Assembly: GCA_963700145.1 (NCBI GenBank)
Contig: OY969474.1
Coordinates: 1,216,001 to 1,280,000, forward strand
Origin: an uncultured Acidobacteriota bacterium
Lineage (GTDB): Bacteria > Acidobacteriota > Thermoanaerobaculia > Multivoradales > UBA5704
Length of the DNA stretch: 64,000 nucleotides
Direction: 5' to 3'
Shown here one piece after another: positions 43,028 through 53,158 of the stretch (positions within the stretch are counted from its first letter, which is position 1; every line of letters starts with the position of its first letter). Below the pieces are notes generated by a model. The model saw only the letters and a program-made list of their open reading frames with translations. It made no database searches and was not told where the DNA came from. The translations under genes were made by a program, and so were the position numbers.

Positions 43028-45447
43028 TCCGCGCGCAGCGCCACGATCGGGTCGACCTGCGTCGCCCGCCGCGCCGGCAGCCAGCTGGCCGCGAGCGCCA
43101 CCAGCGCCAGCAGCACCGGCACCGCCGCGAAGGTCAGCGGGTCCGTCGCTTCCACGCCGTAGAGGAAGCTGGCCAGGAGGCGCGTCGCGAGATACGCCGC
43201 CACCAGCCCCACCGCAGCGCCCACCAGCACCAGCCGCAGCCCCTGCCCGACGACCAGCCGCTGCACCTGCTCGCGGCGGGCGCCGAGCGCCATGCGCAGC
43301 CCCATCTCGTGGCGGCGCTGGGTGACGCCGTAGCTGATGACGCCGTAGACGCCGACCGAGGCGAGCACCAGGGCGAGGCCGGCGAAAATCGCCAGGAGCG
43401 TGGTGCGGAAGCGCTGCTCGGCGAGCGACTCGGCCACCACCTTGGTCAGCGGGCGGACGCTGAAGACCGGCAGGTCGGCGTCGGCGCGGCGCACCGCCTC
43501 GCGCACCGGCGGCGCCAGGCGCATCGGGTCGCCGTCGGTGCGCACCACCAGCACGGCGGCCGAGGACGGGGCCTGCGCCATCGGCAGGTAGGTCTCCGCC
43601 GCCGGCTCGGTGTCGAGCGTCATGTGGCGCACGTCGCCGACCACGCCGACCACCGTCCGCCATTCGACGTCATCGTCGCCGGGGTCGTCGAAGGTGAAGC
43701 GCTTGCCGACGGCCTCCTCGCCGGGCCAGGTCTTCTCGGCCATCGTGCGGTTGACGACCGCCACCGGCAGGACGCCGTCGCGGTCGCCGGCGTTCAGGCG
43801 GCGGCCGCGGACGAGGGGGATGGCGAGCGATTCGAGGTAGCCGGGCGTGACGAAGCGGATGTGGCTCGTCTCCTCCTGTCCCGGCGGCGGCTCGGGGCGC
43901 CCCTCGACGACGAAGCTCAGCACGTAGGCGCTGCCGCCGAGCGGCAGCGGGTAGCCGGCGCCGGCGCTCACCACGCCGGGGAGCCCGCGCACCTCCGCCA
44001 GCACCTCGTCGTAGAAGGCGGCGATGCGCGGGTCGTCGTCGGGGTAGCGGGCCTCGGGAAGGTTGACCTCGAGGGTCAGGATGCCGGCGGTCTCGAAGCC
44101 CGGGCTGACGGCCGAGAGGCCGACGAGGCTGCGCAAGAGGAGCCCGGCGGCGACCAGCAGCACCAGGGTGAGCGCCACCTCGACGACCACCAGGGCGCCG
44201 CGCGCCGAGCGGGCGCGCACGCCGGCGCTCGCCCCGCGGCCGCCCTCCTTGAGCGTGCCCTGGAGGTCGGGGCGCGCGGCGTGGAGCGCCGGCACCAGGC
44301 CGAAGACGAGGCCGGTGACGACCGCCAGCGCCAGCGTGAAGAGGAGGACGGGAGGCTCGAGGCCGATCTCGGCGGCGCGCGGGATGTTGTCGGCGTTCAT
44401 GGCGACCAGGGCGCGGGTGCCCCAAAGGGCGACGAGCAGCCCGAGACCGGCGCCGGCCAGGGCCAGCAGCACGCTCTCGGTCAGGAACTGGCGCACCAGG
44501 CGGCCGCGGCCGGCGCCGAGCGCGGTGCGCACCGCCACCTCGCGCTCGCGCGACGCCATCCGCGCCAGCAGCAGGTTGGCGACGTTGGCGCAGGCGATCA
44601 GCAGCACCACCGCCACCGTCGCCATCAGCACCAGGAGCGCCGGGCGGACGTCCTCGACGATCAGCTCGCGCAGCGGCACCGCGTTGACCGTCCAGCCGGT
44701 GTTGCTGTCGGGGTACTGCTTCTCGAGGCGGCTGGCGATGACCGTGAGCTCCGCCTGCGCCCGGGCGACCGGGACGCCGGGCTTGAGCCGCCCGACGACG
44801 CCGAGGAAGTGGCCGCCGCGCATCTGCGGCGTGATCTCCAGGGCGAGCGGCGTCCAGACCTCGACGCGGCTGGGGAACTGGAAGCCCTCCGGCGCGATGC
44901 CGACGACGGTGTGCGGCGTCCCCTCGAGCTCGATGGTGCGGCCGACGAGCTGGCGGTCGGCGCCGAAGCGGCGGCGCCAGAGCTCGTGCGAGAGGACGGC
45001 GACCGGCGGCGCGCCGGGGCGGTCGTCGGCGGCGCCGATGCCGCGGCCGAGCGCCGGCGGCACTTCGAGGGTCTCGAAGAAGCCGGCCGAGATCTGCGCG
45101 CCCTCCAGCCGCTCGGGCTCGGCGCCGCCGCCGGTCAGGCTGGGGTTGGCGCGCGTCATGGCGGCCATGCCGGCGAAGGAGCGGCTCTGGGCGCGCCAAT
45201 CGACGAAGTTGGGCGGCGAGGAGGTGAAGCGGTCGAAGCCGCGGGAGGGGTTGGCGTCGATGAGCATCACCAGCCGCTCGGGGCTGGGGTACGGCAGCGG
45301 CTCGAGGAGCACGCCGTAGACGACGCTGAAGATGGCGGTGTTGGCGCCGATCCCGAGCGCCAGCGCCAGCAGCGCGGCGGCGGTGTGGCCGGGGCTGCGG
45401 CGCAGGGAGCGGAGGGCGAAGCGGATGTCCTGCCAGAGTCTTTCCAA
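43024..45447 (-). CDS. ADOP-family duplicated ABC transporter permease (MacB/FtsX-like)
   Basis: QDIRFALRSL, ALGIGANTAIFSVV, LLIACANVANLLLAR, RTALGA, GVYGVISY and RRATQVDPIVALRAE motifs. Confidence 0.93.
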   Translation of the reverse strand: MERLWQDIRFALRSLRRSPGHTAAALLALALGIGANTAIFSVVYGVLLEPLPYPSPERLVMLIDANPSRGFDRFTSSPPNFVDWRAQSRSFAGMAAMTRANPSLTGGGAEPERLEGAQISAGFFETLEVPPALGRGIGAADDRPGAPPVAVLSHELWRRRFGADRQLVGRTIELEGTPHTVVGIAPEGFQFPSRVEVWTPLALEITPQMRGGHFLGVVGRLKPGVPVARAQAELTVIASRLEKQYPDSNTGWTVNAVPLRELIVEDVRPALLVLMATVAVVLLIACANVANLLLARMASREREVAVRTALGAGRGRLVRQFLTESVLLALAGAGLGLLVALWGTRALVAMNADNIPRAAEIGLEPPVLLFTLALAVVTGLVFGLVPALHAARPDLQGTLKEGGRGASAGVRARSARGALVVVEVALTLVLLVAAGLLLRSLVGLSAVSPGFETAGILTLEVNLPEARYPDDDPRIAAFYDEVLAEVRGLPGVVSAGAGYPLPLGGSAYVLSFVVEGRPEPPPGQEETSHIRFVTPGYLESLAIPLVRGRRLNAGDRDGVLPVAVVNRTMAEKTWPGEEAVGKRFTFDDPGDDDVEWRTVVGVVGDVRHMTLDTEPAAETYLPMAQAPSSAAVLVVRTDGDPMRLAPPVREAVRRADADLPVFSVRPLTKVVAESLAEQRFRTTLLAIFAGLALVLASVGVYGVISYGVTQRRHEMGLRMALGARREQVQRLVVGQGLRLVLVGAAVGLVAAYLATRLLASFLYGVEATDPLTFAAVPVLLALVALAASWLPARRATQVDPIVALRAE

Positions 45448-45522
45448 GGGGAGGCCTCCCGGGCGTTCTTACCTCTACGCAGGCGCGGGGCCAGGGTTTT
45501 TCCTCGCGTAGAATCCGCCGCG

Positions 45523-46110
45523 ATGGACCTCAGCTCCGAGCAGCAGCGCGCCCTGGACTACCTGCGCCGCAAGGGGACGGAGGCGCCGGTCGAGCGGCTG
45601 CGCGAGCACGTGGCGGGAACGTTCGCGGAGCTGGAGGCGCTGCTCGACGGCGTGCCGCCGGCGCTGCGGGCGGTCCCCCCCGGGCCGGGGCGCTGGTCGG
45701 TGCAGGAGGTCGTCGATCACCTGGTCGAGAGCCACCGGCCGGCGCTCGTGCAGCTCCGGTCGCTGGTCGCCGGCGAGCGCCCCGCGGGCGGGCCGGTGCC
45801 GGCGAGCCTCCAATCCGCGGCGCCGCACGAGCGCCCGTGGGACGACCTGGTCGCCGAGTTGCGCCAGATCCACCGCGGCTTCCGCAAGGTCCTCGCCGAC
45901 GCCGGCGACGACGTCTCGCTGGCGGTCACCGGCCCGATCGTCATGGTGGTCAAGGTGGCGGACGCCTCCGGCGCCCTCACGCCGGAGGCGTCCGAGCACG
46001 AGCTGGACTGGAAGGCCTTCGCCCAGGTCTTCCGCGTCCACACCCTCCAGCACCGCGACCAGATCCGCGCGACCCTTGCCGATCTCGTCCAGGCGCCCGC
46101 ACCCTCATAG
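45523..46110 (+). CDS. DinB family protein
   Basis: WSVQEVVDHL and HTLQHRDQI motifs; ATG at 45523. Confidence 0.82.
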   Translation: MDLSSEQQRALDYLRRKGTEAPVERLREHVAGTFAELEALLDGVPPALRAVPPGPGRWSVQEVVDHLVESHRPALVQLRSLVAGERPAGGPVPASLQSAAPHERPWDDLVAELRQIHRGFRKVLADAGDDVSLAVTGPIVMVVKVADASGALTPEASEHELDWKAFAQVFRVHTLQHRDQIRATLADLVQAPAPS

Positions 46111-46126
46111 CTTCATGGAGAAGCCC

Positions 46127-46948
<822 letters not shown>

Positions 46949-46972
46949 TCCCGGCCGGCGCGCCGGCCGCCC

Positions 46973-47155
46973 CTACCTCACGGCCGCGCCGCGGCCGACC
47001 ACGAACCCCGCGATGCCGAGCACGATCGCGATCACGCCCAGGACCCGGGTGAGCGTGAGACCGCAGGCGATGCAGACGATGCCGTCGGGCGTGAACATCA
47101 GAGCGCCGACGATGATGAGGAAAGCGAACGCCAGGACGCGGACGAGATTCGGCAT
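46973..47155 (-). CDS. 60-aa two-TM membrane protein with a CxxC loop
   Basis: Two hydrophobic helices flanking TPDGIVCIACG; GGAGG/GGAG upstream. Confidence 0.65.
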   Translation of the reverse strand: MPNLVRVLAFAFLIIVGALMFTPDGIVCIACGLTLTRVLGVIAIVLGIAGFVVGRGAAVR

Positions 47156-47273
47156 CTCCCTGCCTCCTCGAGCAGCCGCTGATGGACGGCAACCCCGCAG
47201 TGGGCGGCGAGACCAGTGAGGGGAAACGCTGTCGGGTGAGCCGCGCGGATCCTAGGTCAGCGCGCGGAAGGCG

Positions 47274-47723
47274 TCAACCGGGTGGGAGCGATTCGAGCTG
47301 CTCGATGTCTGCGAGGTCTTGGAGCCTGCCGGTGGTCCGTTTGTTCTGGATTAGGTGGCGGCGGGACAAGACGGCGGCAGGCTGGCCGGCGAACGTGGTC
47401 TCGACACGCTCCGCCCAAGCCTCCGCGAACTCGACGCCGTCGATTGAGGTCAGGACGTCGATCCGCACGGGGGGCAGTCCAACCTGGAAGATCAGACCGG
47501 GCTGCGTCAGGTCGTGCGCGACCAAGTCCTGTAGGGGGGCGCCGAAAGAGCCGAGCGCATCCAGCACCTTCGAAGCATTGCCGGGCGATGGGTTCACCCA
47601 GACGTCAAGGTCCTTCGTGGCGCGGACGTGTCCATGAGCGGCGAGCGCATGCGCTCCCACGACCAGATACTCAACGCCCGCGGCGTTGAACTCGGCTAAC
47701 AGATCTCTGAAGTCGGGGTTCAT
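47274..47723 (-). CDS. Minimal nucleotidyltransferase (DUF6036-like)
   Basis: YLVVGAHALAAHGHVRATKDLDVWV, RIDVLT and NKRTTGRLQDLAD motifs. Confidence 0.85.
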   Translation of the reverse strand: MNPDFRDLLAEFNAAGVEYLVVGAHALAAHGHVRATKDLDVWVNPSPGNASKVLDALGSFGAPLQDLVAHDLTQPGLIFQVGLPPVRIDVLTSIDGVEFAEAWAERVETTFAGQPAAVLSRRHLIQNKRTTGRLQDLADIEQLESLPPG

Positions 47724-47889
47724 CGCCGCCGTCGCTGTGCCACCCCATGCACGCTTTCGTCAACGTCCAGACACCTTCGATGCGCTCTGCCGGCGCGAGC
47801 ACCAGCCAGTCGCGGTCCCGCGGGACAGGCTCTCCTGCTCGGATCACACGGGAGGTGATCAACCGCTGCCGCTGACTTCGGGTACTCAC
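47671..47889 (-). CDS. Small partner protein of the nucleotidyltransferase (putative antitoxin-like)
   Basis: PAERIEGVWTLT...DEPRLQRSV overlaps the MNT start; TAGAAT lies 7 nt before the GTG at 47889. Confidence 0.65.
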   Translation of the reverse strand: MSTRSQRQRLITSRVIRAGEPVPRDRDWLVLAPAERIEGVWTLTKACMGWHSDGGDEPRLQRSVSRVQRRGR

Positions 47890-47963
47890 AGTCGCTATTC
47901 TATCACCGTGTACCGTGTACGAGGTGACATGCATACGAGGCCAATATATTTACTGTGAGTAGC

Positions 47964-49481
47964 TCAAGACTTTTCGGCGGCCAACCGACCTTCCAGCCAG
48001 ATGACTTCGCGTCGCCGACGGCCGTAGCCGCATGCCTCAATCAGATCGCGCGCGCGGGTAAGATGCCTGCTAGCCGTCCTCTTGTCCCCTTGTTGGAGGC
48101 GGGTGCGGGTCCACTCAAGTTGAGCATCGGCTTCAAAAAGGCGCATCTGGCCCCGCTCGGCGATCTCTCCGACCTCGCGGAGATCGCCGGCAGCAGCGGC
48201 CAGATCACCTTGGAGGCGGCGGAGCGCGGCACGCGCAAGGAGGCCCCGGGGAAGCTCATCTTGCTGACCAGCTTGCCGAAGTCCCTCGATCGCTCGGTTT
48301 AGGTACTCGTCGGCCAGGTAGAGCTCCGCCAAGTCGACAGTTAGACCCAGGCCCAGATAGGCACGGCCTAACGTGAGGTGGTAAAGAGCGATATCAAGGA
48401 GCCAGTTCATCGACATGATCTGGCCCAACGTTCGCTGTGCCCGATCGCGGGCCTCTTCACAGGCCTTTTGGTATCGCGCGCGCGACTGATCGTTGCTATT
48501 TATATCGTCTAGCCCTGAACCGTCCTCCGGCTCAGAGCTTCCCAAGAGCAAATCGCAATAGCGAAAGCCCTGCACTGAATGAAGAAGGAGATCCCCAGGC
48601 TGTTGTTGCGAGTGCAGAACCTCCGCCTCCCGGAAGAGAGACCCACTTTCCTTTAGCTTGCCCTCTTGGTGAGCAACATCGGCCAGAACCGTCCGGCTGA
48701 CCACCCTTGCGAACAAATCTCCTGAGCGATCAGCCAGCTCGACACTTTGCCTTCCAGCCTCAACAGCTTCTGCGATCTGGCCGAAGGTCAAGAGTAGCTC
48801 GCACAAATTGCTCGCAGCGCGTGCCGCTTCCGGCCAGCGTGCTTCCTCAATCCGGAGCGCTAGTCCCGCCCGAAGCGGCTGGCCGGCTTCCTGCAGTCTG
48901 CCAAGGGCGCGCAGGATGAATCCAGCCTCGTTTAGTAAGAAGGCCTGAGCCGACGGGGACAGTCGGGGAGAGAGTTGGTTCCAGGGCCGTTCGAAGAAAG
49001 CGGCGAGTGCTGCCAGCTCGACACCAAACGCACCGAGCGTCCTCAGACTAAAACCTTCATTGCCGCGCCGAATTCGCCGTAGGAAAATGTTCTCCAGTAC
49101 CTCTTGCTCTCGGCCAGCCTTGCATCCATGAACGACCGCCGCATAAAGTGGCAGAAGCAGCTCAAGCGTGTCTGGATACTCTTGTGAGGTCTGCCGGTAG
49201 TGCTCGTAAAGTCGCTCATGTCCCAGACGCCAAGCCTCTGGGGCCTCCTCTCGAAGCCGTTTCCCGAAGTGCTCCCGTACGAGAGGATGGGTATCGATCG
49301 GAGCGTTCACGTCACCGGACGCCTCGATCGTTACCAGATGCGCACTTCGAAGCCGCGACAAAGCTTTGCGCCAATCTTGTTCGTCGTTCAAGCCGATCCC
49401 ATCAGTGAGCCCCGAGATGGAAGGGGGGATGCCCCGTTCCCTGTTGAAAGCCGAAAGAGGGAAAGCGGCTCGGTTGATCAT
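47964..49481 (-). pseudogene. C-terminal half (helical/TPR) of the IS-interrupted STAND NTPase gene
   Basis: IDTHPLVREHF, AVVHGC and repeated TPR-like helices; native sequence resumes at 49424. Confidence 0.85.
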
Positions 49482-50883
49482 GCCACGGCCTTGGTGTTCG
49501 TCGGTTCCTCGATCGCCGCGAGCGCGAGCTCGAGAGCCCCGAGGTGCCGATGTCCCTTGACACGCCGGAAGCCAGCCTCCGCGTCACACAGCGCCAGGGC
49601 GACCCAGCGCAGCACCATGTCGCCGCCGCGCCAGCGCTTGACGTTGCGCGTCGTCGTACGGATCGAGCCGATCGTGTTCTCGATCGCGTTGGTCGAGGCG
49701 AGCAACCGGCGCAGAGCGTCGGGCAGCTTCAGCCGCAAGGCGGTGAGGGTCTCGTCGAGGCCCTCGCGCAGGCTGCCCGCGGCGCCCGCGTGGCCTGCGT
49801 GCTCGAGCCAGCGGGCAAGCTGCTCGAGGCGACGCTTGGCGAGGTCGAAGCGAGCGCTCTGGTAGGCCTCGACCATCAGGCGGTCGACCCGGGCTTGGAG
49901 CTGCTTGGGCAGGTGGTCGCGGACGTTGCGGCGCTTGTGGAGCTGGCAGCGCTGGACGTGGGTTGCGTCCCCGAAGACGGCGCGCACGGCCTTGCGCAGC
50001 CCCTTGCCGCCGTCGAGCACCGCCAAGAAGCGCGGCGGCATCGCGAGGCCTCGCTCCAACAGCTCCTGGAGCAGGCCGGTACAGAGCGCCGCGTTCTCCG
50101 TCGCGCCTTCACGCAGGCCGAGCACCCGCTTGGTCCCGTCGCGCGCGATGCCGAGTGCCACCACCAGGGTGTGGCCGGCCACCTCCAGCCCGTCGATCAT
50201 CAGGATCAGGGGCTGGAAGTCCGACAGGTCTCGGCGCAGCCACGCGCCCAGCAGACGACGCGTCCCCGCCACCAGCCGGCGCTGGACCGCACTCTTGCTC
50301 GTCGCGCGCTCCGGCACCGACTCTGCGAGCGGCTCCAAGCTCCGACCGTAGCGGCGCTGCGAGACGCCGACCAGCGCCTGCTCGATCACCCGCTCCGTGA
50401 AGGGATCTTCGTCCTGAAAGGCGCGCACCGAAGGCAAGCTCATCTCGCCACCGTCGCGTCGCCGGACGCGCGGTCGCGGCAGCGCCACCTGGCGGCCACC
50501 CAGCACGAACTCGCTCGCCGTCGAGCCCCAGCGGTACGCCTCGCGGGTCGGATTGCGCCGACGCTTCGGACCGACGACGGCCTCGACCTCGTCCGCGAGC
50601 TGCCGCCCCAGGGCCTCGACGCCCGCGGCGTGAAACAGCTCCAGCAGCCCCTGGCGGCTGGCCTCGATGCCCTCGACCATCGGCCGCAGCAGCGCTTGTA
50701 GCCCGTGGCTGATGCGCGCCGCACGGCCCCCTTGCCACACCACCCGCCTTTCTGCTCTCGTCTTCATCACGGCTCCTTGGCCCCCTGGCGGGGCCGGTTA
50801 TTCGACCAACCCGATTCTCGATCAGGTGGGCCGAGGAGCCGCCTTCACCTCATTGCTCTTTCAACAGCGGGAGGGACAACCCC
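49425..50883 (-). mobile_element. IS256-family insertion sequence, 1459 bp
   Basis: Imperfect 26-bp terminal IRs (GGGGATGCCCCGTTCCCTGTTGAAAG / rc GGGGTTGTCCCTCCCGCTGTTGAAAG); 8-bp target duplication ATGGAAGG at 49417-49424 and 50884-50891. Confidence 0.95.
49478..50770 (-). CDS. IS256 (mutator) family DDE transposase
   Basis: RPRVR, LMIDG, VLDGGKGL, QRCQLHKRRN and STNAIE motifs. Confidence 0.95.
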   Translation of the reverse strand: MMKTRAERRVVWQGGRAARISHGLQALLRPMVEGIEASRQGLLELFHAAGVEALGRQLADEVEAVVGPKRRRNPTREAYRWGSTASEFVLGGRQVALPRPRVRRRDGGEMSLPSVRAFQDEDPFTERVIEQALVGVSQRRYGRSLEPLAESVPERATSKSAVQRRLVAGTRRLLGAWLRRDLSDFQPLILMIDGLEVAGHTLVVALGIARDGTKRVLGLREGATENAALCTGLLQELLERGLAMPPRFLAVLDGGKGLRKAVRAVFGDATHVQRCQLHKRRNVRDHLPKQLQARVDRLMVEAYQSARFDLAKRRLEQLARWLEHAGHAGAAGSLREGLDETLTALRLKLPDALRRLLASTNAIENTIGSIRTTTRNVKRWRGGDMVLRWVALALCDAEAGFRRVKGHRHLGALELALAAIEEPTNTKAVA

Positions 50884-52073
50884 ATGGAAGGTGGCATCCG
50901 CAGGGCAGTGAGCGCCGCTGCCTCAGCCGCGCGATCGAATAGTCCTAGGAGATACAGCACCTCGATCTCTGAGCCCGGCCCGAGCCACATCTCGTATGAG
51001 GTCAATACGCTGTGTGCGTGGTCTTCTCCCTCAATCTCTTCATCCAGAAGTGAAACCTCATGCCGCCGGCGCACGTCACCGCCGCAAACATCCCGCAGAT
51101 AGCTTCCTAGGAGCGTTAGTGCCAAGGCGTGACCACCAAACTCCTTCGCCGTCTGTCTCAGTTCCACCTCTGTACCTATAACCCCGAGGCGCTGTAGCAG
51201 TTCAGCCCCGGCGCTTTCCGGTAGCGCCTCCAGGGTAATTTGTACCACTCCCGCTCTTCCGAGGATATCGCTCACCGAAAGCCGACTCGTGATCAGGCAC
51301 AGGCCGGAATTGGAGGCTGCAAGGTCACGCACCAGTGCCGCGATGGCAGGGTCCTTAAGTCGCCCAGTCTGGACACCAGGCGGGTGCTGGAGGGGCTCAA
51401 GGCCATCGAGGATTAGCAGAGTTCGCCTCTCGCGCACAAGCTCTGCGAGCCTCGCGCCCTTTTCCCAGGGCGAGGGGCTCGGGGTACTCTCGTTCCCCAA
51501 CCAACCCAAGGCGTAATCGACGAACGCGTCTCCTGATGCACCGGCCGTATCCATTCCCTGGCTATAGAAGGACCACCCTAGGATACGCTCGGCATCCCGC
51601 CAGCCTTCGGCACCGAGGCGATCGAGCCAATGATTAACCAGCGCTGACTTCCCCATACCGCCGACCGCAACCAGAACCGCGACATTCACACCCGGGTCGT
51701 TCCATGCCGTATCTAAATGATTGAGCTCTTCCTCTCGGTCGACAAAGGCAACTCCCGATACTGGCAATCTGGCAATCGATACACGAGGCTCGTACCGTTG
51801 GGGTTGTCCCTCCAGGGGCAAAATAAAAGGATTGTGATACTCATCTGAGGCCCTAAAGAGCCAATCGCCGATCTCGCGGGCCGTCCATTGAAGATCTTCA
51901 CGGTCGGCCAGGTCGCTCACATAGCGACCAGCCGCTATGACTTGAGCGAACAAAGTCCTCAATTTTGCAGTTGAGTCCTCGCCAGTCGCATTATCCTCCG
52001 ACGAGAATTTGATCTGCTGCCATAAGCCCTGTAGTTCCCTTGCCGAAAGATGGGCCATTCCTATTTCATCCAT
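50850..52073 (-). pseudogene. N-terminal half of the STAND (NB-ARC/NACHT-like) NTPase gene, interrupted by IS256
   Basis: FVDREEEL, GGMGKS (Walker A), LLILDGLE (Walker B), LITSR and GGHALAL motifs; rejoins the C-terminal half in frame when the IS and one target copy are removed. Confidence 0.88.
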
Positions 52074-53052
52074 GCTCGTCGAAGAACTTCTCAAGCATAC
52101 CGTCAGCGATCACTAAAGCTTGGTGATACCAACTGACCATCCATTCGATCAGCAAGACAGCGCTCGCAGTGTAGGCATCGAAACGTTGAGCCGCTAGAGC
52201 ATCCCGCATTACATCCAGGCAAATCCAAGTACCTAGAAGGAAGTCAAGAAACTCCAGAGACCCAGTTGTTCTCATGACAGCTTCTAACTCGTCAACAATC
52301 CTTCGAAGATCGCTGTCCGATGTGCTAAGAATTCTTCTTGCCGAGTCTCGAGTAGCCACATTTCGGTGCCTTTTGTAGATCTGGAAGGCTTCCTCAAGGA
52401 CTCTTGCGCGCGAGAACATCTGCTCTGCGAGTTTGTGTACGGCCTTCCAACTTCGACCATCTCGTCTGGTCCGTTCAACCTCTGCCGCCGAGATCCCAGG
52501 AACCCTAGATGAAAATACGCTCTGGGCCCCCCTGGAATCGGTAATACGAACCTCGGATCCTCGAAACAAAATGGAGAAAGATCGATGGTCAGGTAGATAG
52601 TCCGCGAAATATCTATTGATAATCGTTGGGTAGTTCCAAAGCTCCTCTAGAAGGTCTTCCCAAGCCCAGACTGAGACCGGGAAGGACCCGCGCTCCACTT
52701 GGATGCCGCTAATCTCACGCACAAACTCTTGGACGGAGACGCTGCGTGGCGCTGTGGTAGCTACCGTTAGCTTTCTGAGCCCTGGTTGGAAACGCAGAGC
52801 AGCATGGACCTCGTCTTCAACCTCTTGCCTATCGAGCTGTTTTCCTTTGCTCTTGGCTTTGCATTGCACGCCTTCCCATTGAGGCCCTCGGTCAGGCTGG
52901 CCAAAAATGTCGACACCCCTCTGAGCCTCGCCCTGCCGACCGTGTTTTTGTGCACCTGGATCGCTCCACATCCGTCTAAACAGGTCGCAGCAGAGATCCT
53001 CGAAATCCTGCCAGCGATCCGGCGGAGGCAGAGCGACCTTTAGCGGGGGCAT
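52066..53052 (-). CDS. Mrr-like PD-(D/E)xK restriction-endonuclease-fold protein with unknown helical C-terminus
   Basis: WQDFEDLC...GRQGEAQRGVDI...GVQCK motif; overlaps the STAND start; AT-richer than the backbone. Confidence 0.8.
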   Translation of the reverse strand: MPPLKVALPPPDRWQDFEDLCCDLFRRMWSDPGAQKHGRQGEAQRGVDIFGQPDRGPQWEGVQCKAKSKGKQLDRQEVEDEVHAALRFQPGLRKLTVATTAPRSVSVQEFVREISGIQVERGSFPVSVWAWEDLLEELWNYPTIINRYFADYLPDHRSFSILFRGSEVRITDSRGAQSVFSSRVPGISAAEVERTRRDGRSWKAVHKLAEQMFSRARVLEEAFQIYKRHRNVATRDSARRILSTSDSDLRRIVDELEAVMRTTGSLEFLDFLLGTWICLDVMRDALAAQRFDAYTASAVLLIEWMVSWYHQALVIADGMLEKFFDEHG

Positions 53053-53158
53053 AGGCTCGTAGTTCGCAGATCTCGGTATCGCTACTGAGAACCTGATTCT
53101 CCGTCGGGGAAAGGCTCTGATGCAACTTAGGACTTGAGCGCGCCTCTTCGACGCTTCG

